From Granulicella sp. (GTDB taxonomy: Bacteria; Acidobacteriota; Terriglobia; Terriglobales; Acidobacteriaceae): a DNA stretch of 64,000 nucleotides. The DNA lies in the NCBI GenBank assembly GCA_027339965.1, contig DAHWNL010000021.1, forward strand, positions 34,047 through 98,046, written 5' to 3'. Shown here one piece after another: positions 1 to 8,420 of this stretch (positions are counted from its first letter, which is position 1; the number at the start of each line of letters is the position of its first letter). Both the position numbers and the translations under genes were made by a program. Below the pieces are notes generated by a model, which saw only the letters and a list, made by a program, of their open reading frames with translations, was not told where the DNA came from and made no database searches.

Positions 1-790
1 GCCAGCCACCGGGATGATGTTGAACAGGCCCATCAGCACGCCGAGCAGGAAGAAGTAGCGCACATGAAGCGCGGCGAAGACGACGGTGCTGGTGATGCCG
101 AGGATGAACATGAGGGAGATCTGGCCGATGAACCAGCGGCTCATGCGAACCTCGGCAACCTCTAGCGTTCGGGCCAGGCGCTGCCTGGAGTCAATAGCCA
201 AAAAGGAGAGCAGGTAGGAGTACAGGAACTCGCCCTCCAGCATGAAGTAGACGCACAGGATGATGGCGGTGAAGAGATCGAAGACGCGTGAGAGCCAGAG
301 CGGCGCTGAGGCTAGAAGGTATTGGGCGGTAGACGCGGCGGCGCTCTCGCCCTGTTCGGCGATGGAGTCAAAGCCCAGCTTGTCGGCCAGGGGAAGGCTC
401 TTCACCTTGTCCAGAATACGGGGAATGCGCCGGGGAAGATCCGCGCCGAAGAGCCTGATGTCGCGCAGAACGGGCGGCAGGGCGACAACCAGCAGCAGTG
501 CAACGGCCAGGGAGGCCGAGAGCACCAGGGCAACGATGGCCAAGGGCCGCGATGGAGACCAGCGGCCGATGCGCAGGTCCATAATGTTCTGCACCATGGG
601 CATCATCACAACGGCGAAGAGGGCGCTGACGTAGACCAGTTCCAGCACCGAGCGCAGTCGCCAGGCGAGAACCAGACTTAGCGCGACCGCAAAGGCGAAG
701 AGGATGGAGCCCTGAGCCGACGAAGAGCGCAGTGCGCCCCTCTCCCCCGGTCCGGGAACTTCGGTTTGGCTGGGCGGAAGGGGCAGCGGG
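1..790 (-). CDS. AI-2E (PerM/TqsA) family transporter; 3' end runs off the window
   Basis: Manual minus-strand translation (not in the ORF track): GSILFAFAVALSLVLAW...FDLFTAIILCVYFMLEGE...MSRWFIGQISLMFILG...LMGLFNIIPVAG. An in-frame stop at 850-852 limits the 5' end; the start codon is uncertain. Confidence 0.75.
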
Positions 791-1079
791 CACGCTCCTG
801 TGGGCTTCCAGAGCCGTTGCCTGGGATGGGCCGTCCCAAGCGGGTAGGTTCAAGGCGTCATTCCAGAGGAAGGCGCCCGGGGAGGTAAGGCTCGGCCATA
901 CGCGGCGAGGAAGACTGCTTTCTATAGAGATGCTCTCACCGGACACGCTCGGGGGCAAATCGGCTGGCTGGAGTTGGAGGCGAACGGTGGCGTCTGAGAT
1001 AAGCCAGAAGGCGGCGGGCTGACGGGGTCCGGAACGGAGGCTGCCGTGGGGCAGCTATTCCGATTCCTCACGAGGGTGT

Positions 1080-1880
1080 TCAGCGAGTTCGGCGTGGCGG
1101 AACAAGCTTGATCTGGAAGATGGTGGGCCACTCCTTGCCGGTGACGAAAAGGCGATCGTGCTGGGGATCGTAGGCGATGCCGTTCAGAACGGCCTCGGCG
1201 TCCAGCCGTTCCACCGAGGGAAGGATGCCGGTGAGGTCGATCCAGGAGAGGACGCGGCCGTTGCTGGGAGAGATGCGGGCGATGCGGTTGCTGTGCCAGA
1301 CGTTGGCGTAGATCTGGCCGTGAATGTACTCCAGCTCATTCAATTCGGTTACGGGCTCTCCCTGGTCGGTGACCAGCAGGCTGCGGACGGTGTGGAAGTC
1401 TCTGGGGTCGCGGAAGCGCAGGGTGGCCGAACCATCGGAGGTGATGATGTTAGTTGCATCGCGGGTCATGCCCCATCCTTCGCCGCTGTAGTGAAAGGTG
1501 GCGATCCGGCGCAGGGTGGCGCGGTTGTAAACGAAACCAATGTGCGACTGCCAGGTCCACTCATACAGGTTTGGGCCCCAGTTGATGATGCCTTCTCCGA
1601 AGTACTCCGGGGGAAGCTCAACATGCTGCAGGACGCGCCCGGTAGCCGGGTCTGTCACCAGCACCTGGGAGTGTCCCTTGAGCCCGGTGCCCTCATAGAA
1701 CTTGCCGTTGAGATAGAAGAAGCCCTCCGTGTAGGAGGAGGTGGAGTGAGGAAAGGTGGCGACAACGGTGTAGCCATAGACGGGGGTGGGGCTCTGGGCC
1801 TTGCTGCAGGCGGTAGCCAATGAGACAGGAAGCAGAAGGAAAGAGACCAGCAGAAGGTTGGCGAGCGGGGTACGACGCAT
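1080..1880 (-). CDS. Glutaminyl-peptide cyclotransferase (type I glutaminyl cyclase), probable lipoprotein
   Basis: Motifs YTEG, FGEG, LTW-like EWTWQ, EGWG, LNELE, IYANVW and VLNGIAY; lipobox-like LATAC; start at MRRTPLA. Confidence 0.92.
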   Translation of the reverse strand: MRRTPLANLLLVSFLLLPVSLATACSKAQSPTPVYGYTVVATFPHSTSSYTEGFFYLNGKFYEGTGLKGHSQVLVTDPATGRVLQHVELPPEYFGEGIINWGPNLYEWTWQSHIGFVYNRATLRRIATFHYSGEGWGMTRDATNIITSDGSATLRFRDPRDFHTVRSLLVTDQGEPVTELNELEYIHGQIYANVWHSNRIARISPSNGRVLSWIDLTGILPSVERLDAEAVLNGIAYDPQHDRLFVTGKEWPTIFQIKLVPPRRTR

Positions 1881-2091
1881 GATCTCAAGGATAACCTGTG
1901 CCCTCCGCAGCACGCAGGAGCCCTGGAGAAGCAGCCCGAGGGCGCAGGATCGCACGCGAATCCAACCCTTGCCGGATGCTGGGCACGGGCCAGCCGCGGG
2001 CGTCCTGATAGAAAGACGCCCATGGCGGCAGGGCCGTCGTGTGCTCGCCGTGGGGCGCGTGCTCGGCACCGAGGGCGGCTCAGCAAGAGCC

Positions 2092-2799
2092 CTAGTGACC
2101 GGTAGCCGGCGCGGCGCTGCGCAATGTTGCCAGGATCGCTTCCGCTGTGTCGGCGGGCGTTCGTTTCTCGGTTTCGATGCAGTGCGTGGCGATGCGCTGG
2201 TAATGAGGGTGGCGGTGGTGAAAGCGGCGCTCGGCCAGATTGAGGTCGGCGAGATTGGGGCGGGCTGTGGCGGAGGGGTCCGCGGCCTGCGCCGCGCAAC
2301 GGGCGACGAGAATCTCAAAGGAAGCAGAGAGATAGATCACGACGGTGTGGGGCGTCTGTTCCAGCAGCAGACGGTTGCCGAGCTCTTCGGGAGCTCCGCC
2401 GCCCAGGGCGATTACCACCTGCCGCTGGCCGAGCAAGGAGGCCAGGGCCGCGGACTCGAGATGGCGGAAGTGGGCCTCGCCGTCTTCGGAGAAGATCTGC
2501 GGGACGGACCGGTGCTGGCGCATTTCAATCTCGTGGTCGAGATCCAGGAACCGCCAGCCCAGATGCTCAGCCAGCAGCCTGCCGGTCGAAGTTTTGCCGG
2601 ATCCCATAAAGCCTGTGAGAACGATGCGGTCGATGCCGCGCAGGGTTTGGATGGCAGAGTCCGGGTGAGGTGGAAGACTACATGGGGTGGGGCCTTCGGC
2701 CCGGGAGCGATCGGATGGAGTGGGTTTGCCGAGGCTGGAGTCTTTGGGCATGGAGTGGGTGGCGGGGTGGGTAGGTTCGGTCAGGGTTGCTGTACTCAT
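2092..2799 (-). CDS. aroK: Shikimate kinase
   Basis: IVLTGFMGSGKTS P-loop, FLDLD, GEAHFR, ALGGG; low-complexity N-terminal extension. Confidence 0.93.
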   Translation of the reverse strand: MSTATLTEPTHPATHSMPKDSSLGKPTPSDRSRAEGPTPCSLPPHPDSAIQTLRGIDRIVLTGFMGSGKTSTGRLLAEHLGWRFLDLDHEIEMRQHRSVPQIFSEDGEAHFRHLESAALASLLGQRQVVIALGGGAPEELGNRLLLEQTPHTVVIYLSASFEILVARCAAQAADPSATARPNLADLNLAERRFHHRHPHYQRIATHCIETEKRTPADTAEAILATLRSAAPATGH

Positions 2800-2847
2800 T
2801 TTCGTCTCCGGAGTTGCTTGCAGGGGAAGCAAAGTTGGTTTTGCTGC

Positions 2848-2878
2848 AAAAGAAAACCGCAGACCCTGTGGGCTGCGG
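2848..2878 (-). terminator. Intrinsic (attenuator) terminator between the leader peptide and aroK
   Basis: Minus strand CCGCAGCCC-ACA-GGGTCTGCGG followed by TTTTCTTTT. Confidence 0.8.
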
Positions 2879-2909
2879 CTCGGTGACTAGCTGTTGATCT
2901 CTGGGTGAA

Positions 2910-2993
2910 TCAGGAAATCTCACAACGCCGCCGGGCCGCTGGTGGATACCAGTAGCAGTAGCTAAATCGGCCGGTGGTGGGGCTGAAGCTCAT
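2910..2993 (-). CDS. Putative aromatic-amino-acid leader peptide (27 aa, MSFSPTTGRFSYCYWYPPAARRRCEIS)
   Basis: Short ORF with an F-S-Y-C-Y-W-Y cluster, lying between a promoter and a terminator upstream of aroK. Confidence 0.75.
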   Translation of the reverse strand: MSFSPTTGRFSYCYWYPPAARRRCEIS

Positions 2994-3001
2994 TGTGCAT
3001 G

Positions 3002-3030
3002 ATGCTAGCGCAAAGCCGGAGATGTGGCAA
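3002..3030 (-). promoter_or_regulatory. sigma70-type promoter for the leader and aroK
   Basis: TTGCCA-17 nt-TAGCAT on the minus strand; the leader ATG lies 8 nt downstream of the -10. Confidence 0.65.
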
Positions 3031-3047
3031 GTGCGCCGGCCACCGTG

Positions 3048-3150
3048 TGTTCGTAGCAAGTGAAAATGTCCGGTTTTCTTAGCACATGAAGTGTCCGGTT
3101 TTGTTTTCTGAACCCGCCGCCGTGTCGTTAGCACATGAAATGTCCGGTGG
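3048..3150 (+). mobile_element. Orphan IS terminal region (IS1202/ISNCY- or IS21-like) with three repeated sub-motifs
   Basis: Starts with TGT; TAGCAAGTGAAAATGTCCGGT (3054-3074), TAGCACATGAAGTGTCCGGT (3080-3099), TAGCACATGAAATGTCCGGT (3129-3148); no transposase follows. Confidence 0.55.
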
Positions 3151-3435
3151 AAACAGGAAGGGTGAGGGCTCATCACCCGCCGGGCAAATCCTCGCCCTGG
3201 TCCACCGGCTTCCATGCCCACGGCCGGAGTTCACGAGGCAGGCGGGGATGCCCGGGGCCCAAAACCAGAGGCGGGAGGTTGAGAGGCCGGTCGCGCGGAG
3301 CCTACGTACCGATGGCGGTCCGGCAGCACTTTTTGAGAGAGTGCATGCCGGGGCGGGTGGTCAGCAGTCTCTGGTCCCGTACCTTGTCCTCCCAGCTCTT
3401 TTGCCAAAGAGAAGACGGAACCCTGGAATTCAGGC

Positions 3436-3948
3436 TTATCCCACTTTCTGGGCCTCAGGGGACATCTTGCAGTTTTGCGCATGCGCATGCGCTTCTTGTA
3501 TCTGTTTCGATGGCCACTCGATCTTTCCTGGAGTGTAGCTTGCGTCGCGGACTGCATCCCGCAACAGTTCATCTGTTACATAGGCCCCAGGCTTGAGCGT
3601 CAGAATTGCTTCTCCCCGCCTCAGGTTGAACTGAACGCTGGCCACCCCAGGAACGGTCTTCAGACGGTGAATGATGCCGAAGGAGGTGAACGGGATGGCT
3701 ACGCCGAAAACCTGAACCTTGACAACGCCGCCCATGGCCATTGCCTGAGGTTGCCGGAGCGTTGCAGCGCTGGATTTTGACGCAGAAGCATTCGACACGG
3801 GCACATAGGCACAGCCGGCTTCCGGCGTGGCCGCTCTGCGCGGCTTCGCGTAGGCTGTGGCGCAGGCTGAGAATGCGGTTACGACAAGCAGGGCTGTAGC
3901 ATAGGCAGTAGACTTCCTTGCCGCGGTGAGACTCACTACAAAAGACAT
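3436..3948 (-). CDS. Exported heavy-metal-associated (HMA)-fold protein lacking the CxxC motif
   Basis: Signal peptide, then KVQVFGVAIPFTSFGIIHRLKTVPGVASVQFNLRRGEA...LRDAVRDASYTP, which follows the HMA pattern. Confidence 0.65.
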   Translation of the reverse strand: MSFVVSLTAARKSTAYATALLVVTAFSACATAYAKPRRAATPEAGCAYVPVSNASASKSSAATLRQPQAMAMGGVVKVQVFGVAIPFTSFGIIHRLKTVPGVASVQFNLRRGEAILTLKPGAYVTDELLRDAVRDASYTPGKIEWPSKQIQEAHAHAQNCKMSPEAQKVG

Positions 3949-4021
3949 CCAAGCACCTCGCTTCTTGAATTGTGACTCCAAACTCTCTCGAACCTGTGCG
4001 CAGTGGGATAACATCTTCGGC

Positions 4022-5083
4022 TCATAGATGGTGTCGGGTGAACCAGACATGGCGATAGACCAAAAGCACCCCCATGTTGCGCTCAGAGCCCCCCGCCGGT
4101 ACGCTCTGGTAACCGGGGACCTCCGCAACCACGGCAAAGCCCCAGTTTTTTCCAACGAAGCGGATACCTGGATCGAACTGCAGCAAGGTGCTTCCTGTGC
4201 TCACGACCGGATTCATGCCCACAAGGCCATCGCCCTGCATGGGGTTGAATGTGTCCTGATACAGCGGTTCCAAATCCGGATCTTCTGGCCGCAGGCTCCG
4301 TTCTTGGGGCTCCGGCGCGGAGACCAAGGCTGAGGAGCCGGAGGACGAGGAGAGGGAGGGGGACTCAGAGTCCTTCTCGCTGACGATGAAGTTGGTCTCG
4401 AGCAAGAGGTACGTCTCCACGTTCGGAACTCCGGTGTCTCCCAATTTTGGAGCGATCCGACGCTGCAAGCTGTCATCGGCGAAATATTCGTTGCCGATAT
4501 GGTATCCACCTGACACGGTGTGGTGAACAAATCCGCCATAGCCGTCAATTTCAGCATTCAACGTCTGCCGGGTAAAGATGAGTCCGTTCTTCGTCGCCCA
4601 GGCCCCGGAGCCCGGCTGTAGGACTTCGGGAAGGCGGCCGTAGGCGTTGGAGTCGTTATGTGGACCCACCGGAATCAGAGCCCCAGCGATCGCCGATAGC
4701 CGATTGGTGGTGCCAATTCCATCCTGCTCCCAAAACGTATACCTAGGCAGAAAACTGATGTCGCCAGGGCCCCAACTGTGCTCTACATGATAGACAGGGG
4801 TCGGCGAGCCGATCTGGTTATATTGAAAGGGCGTCTCCTCAACAATGAAGGTGATTTTGCTGCTCAGTCCGTACAAGCCTACCGTCTCCGCGATGGCTTC
4901 CCGCCGCAGATCGGTTCCGGTAAGAATGAAAGGCTGTATGCGGAAGACCATATCTCCGGCTGAGATGGGAGACGCCGCGGGAAAAGTCATAGGAGCAGCC
5001 CAGACTTCAGGAGCCGCGCAGGTAGACAAAAGAATGAAGAGGAACAAAACCAAAAAGAGCATTTGTGGCTGAACTCCAGTCAA
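4022..5083 (-). CDS. Putative outer-membrane beta-barrel ('transporter'/MetA-pathway-like) protein
   Basis: Signal peptide, GPGDISFLPRY, LIPVG, LQPGSGAW, amphipathic beta-strands and an aromatic C-terminal strand. Confidence 0.55.
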   Translation of the reverse strand: MTGVQPQMLFLVLFLFILLSTCAAPEVWAAPMTFPAASPISAGDMVFRIQPFILTGTDLRREAIAETVGLYGLSSKITFIVEETPFQYNQIGSPTPVYHVEHSWGPGDISFLPRYTFWEQDGIGTTNRLSAIAGALIPVGPHNDSNAYGRLPEVLQPGSGAWATKNGLIFTRQTLNAEIDGYGGFVHHTVSGGYHIGNEYFADDSLQRRIAPKLGDTGVPNVETYLLLETNFIVSEKDSESPSLSSSSGSSALVSAPEPQERSLRPEDPDLEPLYQDTFNPMQGDGLVGMNPVVSTGSTLLQFDPGIRFVGKNWGFAVVAEVPGYQSVPAGGSERNMGVLLVYRHVWFTRHHL

Positions 5084-5236
5084 GTGGGTTGCTATCGGAC
5101 GATCAAAACCATTGAGCGTGAATGAAAAGCCTCTTTTTCTCGAACGGACCTGGGAGCATTCGGCTTCCGGTCACCGAACGCGCCGTCACAACGGTGACAG
5201 GGGCTACGAAGGCGCTTGAGCAAGCCAGCGTCGCAA

Positions 5237-6142
5237 TCAAAGCCAATCTTCGTTCCGGGCAACGGCGGGTGAAAAGGACGAGCGACGGGACGTTGAGAGA
5301 TTGGCCTTCCCTTCGCAATTGAGCGGTTCGGCCGTTGGGCTGGAGGCGCCGGCGTTTGGCGCGGCTTGCAACAAGGCCGTGCTGCCGGCGTAGAGCTTGA
5401 CGGTGAAGTACTTTGAGTCAAGCTCCACAGTTCCGCGGTTGTTTCTACCAGTGTGCGTGAGCGATGTCATATCAAAGCCATAAAGGCCACAGGCGCTGCC
5501 GGCGTAAATGCCGACGGACTGCACCGTCGCGGTTCCATTGCAGCGCAGGAGAGCATGCCCGCTGATAGTTTCTGCCGACCGTAATCGTTCGAAGACTCCG
5601 TTTCTGAAGTCTTTGCCCACAACGTCCATTCCTTCATCTTCTGAGACCGAGGAGTAGACGTTTTGGCTGGAGTTCAATATCTGATCTCCACCAATCAGCA
5701 CACGCTCATTCGATAAGTCCATATACGTAGGAGTTATTGGATAGCTGGCTTCGGACGTCTCCATGGAACCCGCGAGCGCCCGGACGTACAGCCGGGAAGC
5801 GATCACTCCTTGACGGGTGACAATGTCATCAAGCCGGAACTCTAGCACCGACGCGCTAACGCCCGGGCGTACCGGCTGTGCCTTGACCACATGGCCCAGA
5901 ACATAGGATCCCTTGGGTAGATCGTGGCCGTGGCCAAGGTAAACCACCTGCATCGTCCTGGCCTCGATCAAATCGCCCACCTTGGCTTTGTCGGCCCTGA
6001 TAGCGTGCACGAATTCTATCGGGATGGCAGTGTCGGGGGGCAGTTTCCAGTCAAGCGTGCTGGTTGTTGCGCCGGCCCTTGCGCCGAACAGAGCCGTCGA
6101 GGCTATCACCAGTTCCAGGAATCTTGTTGCGCACTTCGTCAT
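5237..6142 (-). CDS. Exported hypothetical protein (LPxxTxIxxxL...AKVGD, VirB10/TrbI-like N-terminus)
   Basis: Signal peptide, LPPDTAIPIEF...KAKVGDLIEART, LPKGSYVLGHV; RBS GGAG upstream. Confidence 0.6.
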   Translation of the reverse strand: MTKCATRFLELVIASTALFGARAGATTSTLDWKLPPDTAIPIEFVHAIRADKAKVGDLIEARTMQVVYLGHGHDLPKGSYVLGHVVKAQPVRPGVSASVLEFRLDDIVTRQGVIASRLYVRALAGSMETSEASYPITPTYMDLSNERVLIGGDQILNSSQNVYSSVSEDEGMDVVGKDFRNGVFERLRSAETISGHALLRCNGTATVQSVGIYAGSACGLYGFDMTSLTHTGRNNRGTVELDSKYFTVKLYAGSTALLQAAPNAGASSPTAEPLNCEGKANLSTSRRSSFSPAVARNEDWL

Positions 6143-6193
6143 GCTCCACCTCCTTTACTTCTTGAGTGAAGCACGCGATCGCTGCAACAGCTC

Positions 6194-6210
6194 CTTACGT
6201 TTTTCTTACA
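6194..6210. promoter_or_regulatory. Candidate OmpR-family binding site in the divergent promoter
   Basis: CTTAC-N6-CTTAC direct repeat (11-bp period) between the divergent genes. Confidence 0.4.
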
Positions 6211-6289
6211 TTTGATTTGAACGGCATCTATCCGTCGCGCTGAGTTGTATTCTCAAGGTGATGAGTTGGCCATCGGATAGCGAGCCTCC

Positions 6290-6973
6290 ATGCGGTTGTT
6301 GATCGTCGAAGATGAGGAAAAGCTTGCAGCCATCGTCGCCCAGGGGCTAGAACAACAAGGCTTTGTTGCGGAGGTTGTGCCCAACGGCGATGAGGCGGCG
6401 GCGCGGCTTGAAAGACAAGCCTATTCGTTGGTGTTGCTCGATCTTATGCTGCCCCGAAGGAGCGGAATTGAATTGTTACGTTGGCTCCGCGAAAGAGGCG
6501 AGACCTGCCCCGTGTTGATACTCACCTCTCGCGATGGAGTGGAAGATCGCGTCCGGGGTTTGGATGCGGGAGCGGACGATTATCTCGTAAAGCCTTTTGC
6601 ATTGTCCGAGCTGCTAGCCCGCGTTCGAGCGCTGTTGCGGCGCTCGGAGCAAAGGCTGCCCGTGCGGGCGGAGGTAGCGGACCTTCGTCTTGACCTCCAG
6701 ACGCGCCGAGCGTTTCGGGGAATCAAAGAGCTGGCGTTGACGCCGCGGGAGTTTGAGCTGCTCGAATATCTTCTTCAGCATAGCCCGGCTGTGGTCTCCC
6801 GTGAGATGCTGGCGCGAGATGTCTGGAGAGAGACATCGCGATTTACTCCAATCCACAACGTAATCGATGTGCAAATTGCGCGCTTGAGGCGGAAGGTAGA
6901 CGACCCCTTTGATCGTCGTCTCTTGCAGACGGTGCGCGGCGTCGGGTTCGCTCTGCGAGAGGAGATAGAGTGA
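6290..6973 (+). CDS. OmpR-family (CusR/CzcR-like) response regulator
   Basis: LLIVEDE, LLDLMLP, GADDYLVKPF, LTPREFELL, VIDVQIARLRRK, QTVRGVGF. Confidence 0.95.
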   Translation: MRLLIVEDEEKLAAIVAQGLEQQGFVAEVVPNGDEAAARLERQAYSLVLLDLMLPRRSGIELLRWLRERGETCPVLILTSRDGVEDRVRGLDAGADDYLVKPFALSELLARVRALLRRSEQRLPVRAEVADLRLDLQTRRAFRGIKELALTPREFELLEYLLQHSPAVVSREMLARDVWRETSRFTPIHNVIDVQIARLRRKVDDPFDRRLLQTVRGVGFALREEIE

Positions 6974-8415
6974 TTCAAAGAGCGATTCTTGGACCGGCCC
7001 GTCTGCGAACCCGGCTGACCCTTTGGTACACCTCCGTCTTCGGCGCGATTCTGCTGGTCTTCATCGCCGTGGCCACCTTGCTGCTACGGTGGCAGCTCTT
7101 CTCGGAGCTGCTTCGCTATGAGGTTCAGGACATGGAGACCGCCGAAGGATTGCTCTATTTCACTCCCACCGGCGCGCTTACCATCGACGAAAGGTATCAC
7201 AACAGCCTGCAAGGCGAGATGCGAGTGCATCGGCTGTTGCAGGTCACGACCCCCGAGGGGCGCATTCTCTTTCGCAATCCGCGGCTCGCCGGCCTTCCGT
7301 TAGGCGGAGCGCCCTTTCCGCGCGAGGGGCTCCACGTCTACGATCCGCGCACCATTCGCCTTGCCAATGGCGTGCCTGTGCTGCTCATCAGTCACATGCA
7401 CTCCATCAACGGCAGGCCGTTGCTGATTCGCATCGGCTACAGTCTGCTCCCGGTGGAGGAGCAGGTCCGCAGGTCGCGGGACATCCTTGTACTGGCGTTC
7501 TTTCCCACCCTGCTGCTGGCGGGCGTTGGGATCTACCGGCTAACGCTCAAGGCGCTGCTGCCGTTGGAGAAGATGGCGACGGCGGCAGAGCAAATTACCG
7601 CGGATCAACTAAGCCGGCGGCTGGCGGTAGAGAATCCCAGTGATGAACTGGGGCACATGGCCCGTGTCCTGAATGGATTGCTGGCGCGCCTGGAGGCTTC
7701 CTTTGAGCAGCTCAAGCGTTTCACCGCGGACGCTTCCCATGAGTTGCGCACGCCGCTGGCCTGCTTGCGAGCCGCGGGCGAGGTAGCGCTGGAGAAGCAT
7801 CGCAGCCCGGAGGAGTATCGCGAGACGGTCGGAAGCATGCTGGAAGAGGTGATGCGGCTAACGCACCTGGTAGACCGGCTGCTGCTGATCTCTCGAGCGG
7901 ACGCCGGCCAGATTCCGTTGAACAAAACCACCTTCTGTTGGATGGATCTGGCGCAGGAGGCCGTAGCGCTCGTTGGAGTTCTGGCCGACGAGAGGCGGCA
8001 GAGGATAGACATCTCCGGCGATCCCTCCATCCAGGTATATGCTGACCGGTATGTCCTCCGGCATGCCATGCTCAACCTGCTGGAGAACGCGGTGAAGTAC
8101 TCTCCGGAGGGGTCTCCGATTGCTCTACACCTGAGCCGATGCGCAGATCGAATGGCGGAGTTTTCAGTCATCGATCAAGGACCGGGGGTTCCCGAGGAGG
8201 ATCGCGAGAGGATCTTCGATCGCTTCTTCCGCAGCGATCCAGGGCGGGCGCGAGATGCGGGCGGGGATGGGCTGGGCCTGGCGATTGCCAGATGGGCTGT
8301 GGGCGCGAATGGCGGCAGGCTCGGTTTAACCGCCATGGAGACGCGGGGCAGCCGTTTCTTTATTCAGTTACCCACCCACGACGCATCGCCTGACGCTGGG
8401 ATGGCAGGGGGCTGA
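6970..8415 (+). CDS. HAMP-domain sensor histidine kinase (CusS-like)
   Basis: Two TM segments, HAMP, FTADASHELRTPL, NLLENAVKYS, DQGPG, GLGLAIA; GTGA overlap with the regulator. Confidence 0.95.
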   Translation: MIQRAILGPARLRTRLTLWYTSVFGAILLVFIAVATLLLRWQLFSELLRYEVQDMETAEGLLYFTPTGALTIDERYHNSLQGEMRVHRLLQVTTPEGRILFRNPRLAGLPLGGAPFPREGLHVYDPRTIRLANGVPVLLISHMHSINGRPLLIRIGYSLLPVEEQVRRSRDILVLAFFPTLLLAGVGIYRLTLKALLPLEKMATAAEQITADQLSRRLAVENPSDELGHMARVLNGLLARLEASFEQLKRFTADASHELRTPLACLRAAGEVALEKHRSPEEYRETVGSMLEEVMRLTHLVDRLLLISRADAGQIPLNKTTFCWMDLAQEAVALVGVLADERRQRIDISGDPSIQVYADRYVLRHAMLNLLENAVKYSPEGSPIALHLSRCADRMAEFSVIDQGPGVPEEDRERIFDRFFRSDPGRARDAGGDGLGLAIARWAVGANGGRLGLTAMETRGSRFFIQLPTHDASPDAGMAGG

Positions 8416-8420
8416 GGCCG

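Noticed and set aside
740..800. Possible frameshift at the AI-2E start (AGGAG-GTG is out of frame before a G-rich run)
   Set aside because: An alternative start or a sequencing error cannot be distinguished from the sequence alone.
3048..3150. Three direct repeats as a mini-CRISPR
   Set aside because: Spacers are 5 and 29 nt, the repeats are imperfect and non-palindromic, and no cas genes are present.
5103..5318. 71-aa ORF between the exported-protein genes
   Set aside because: Overlaps the upstream gene, TTG start, no motif support.
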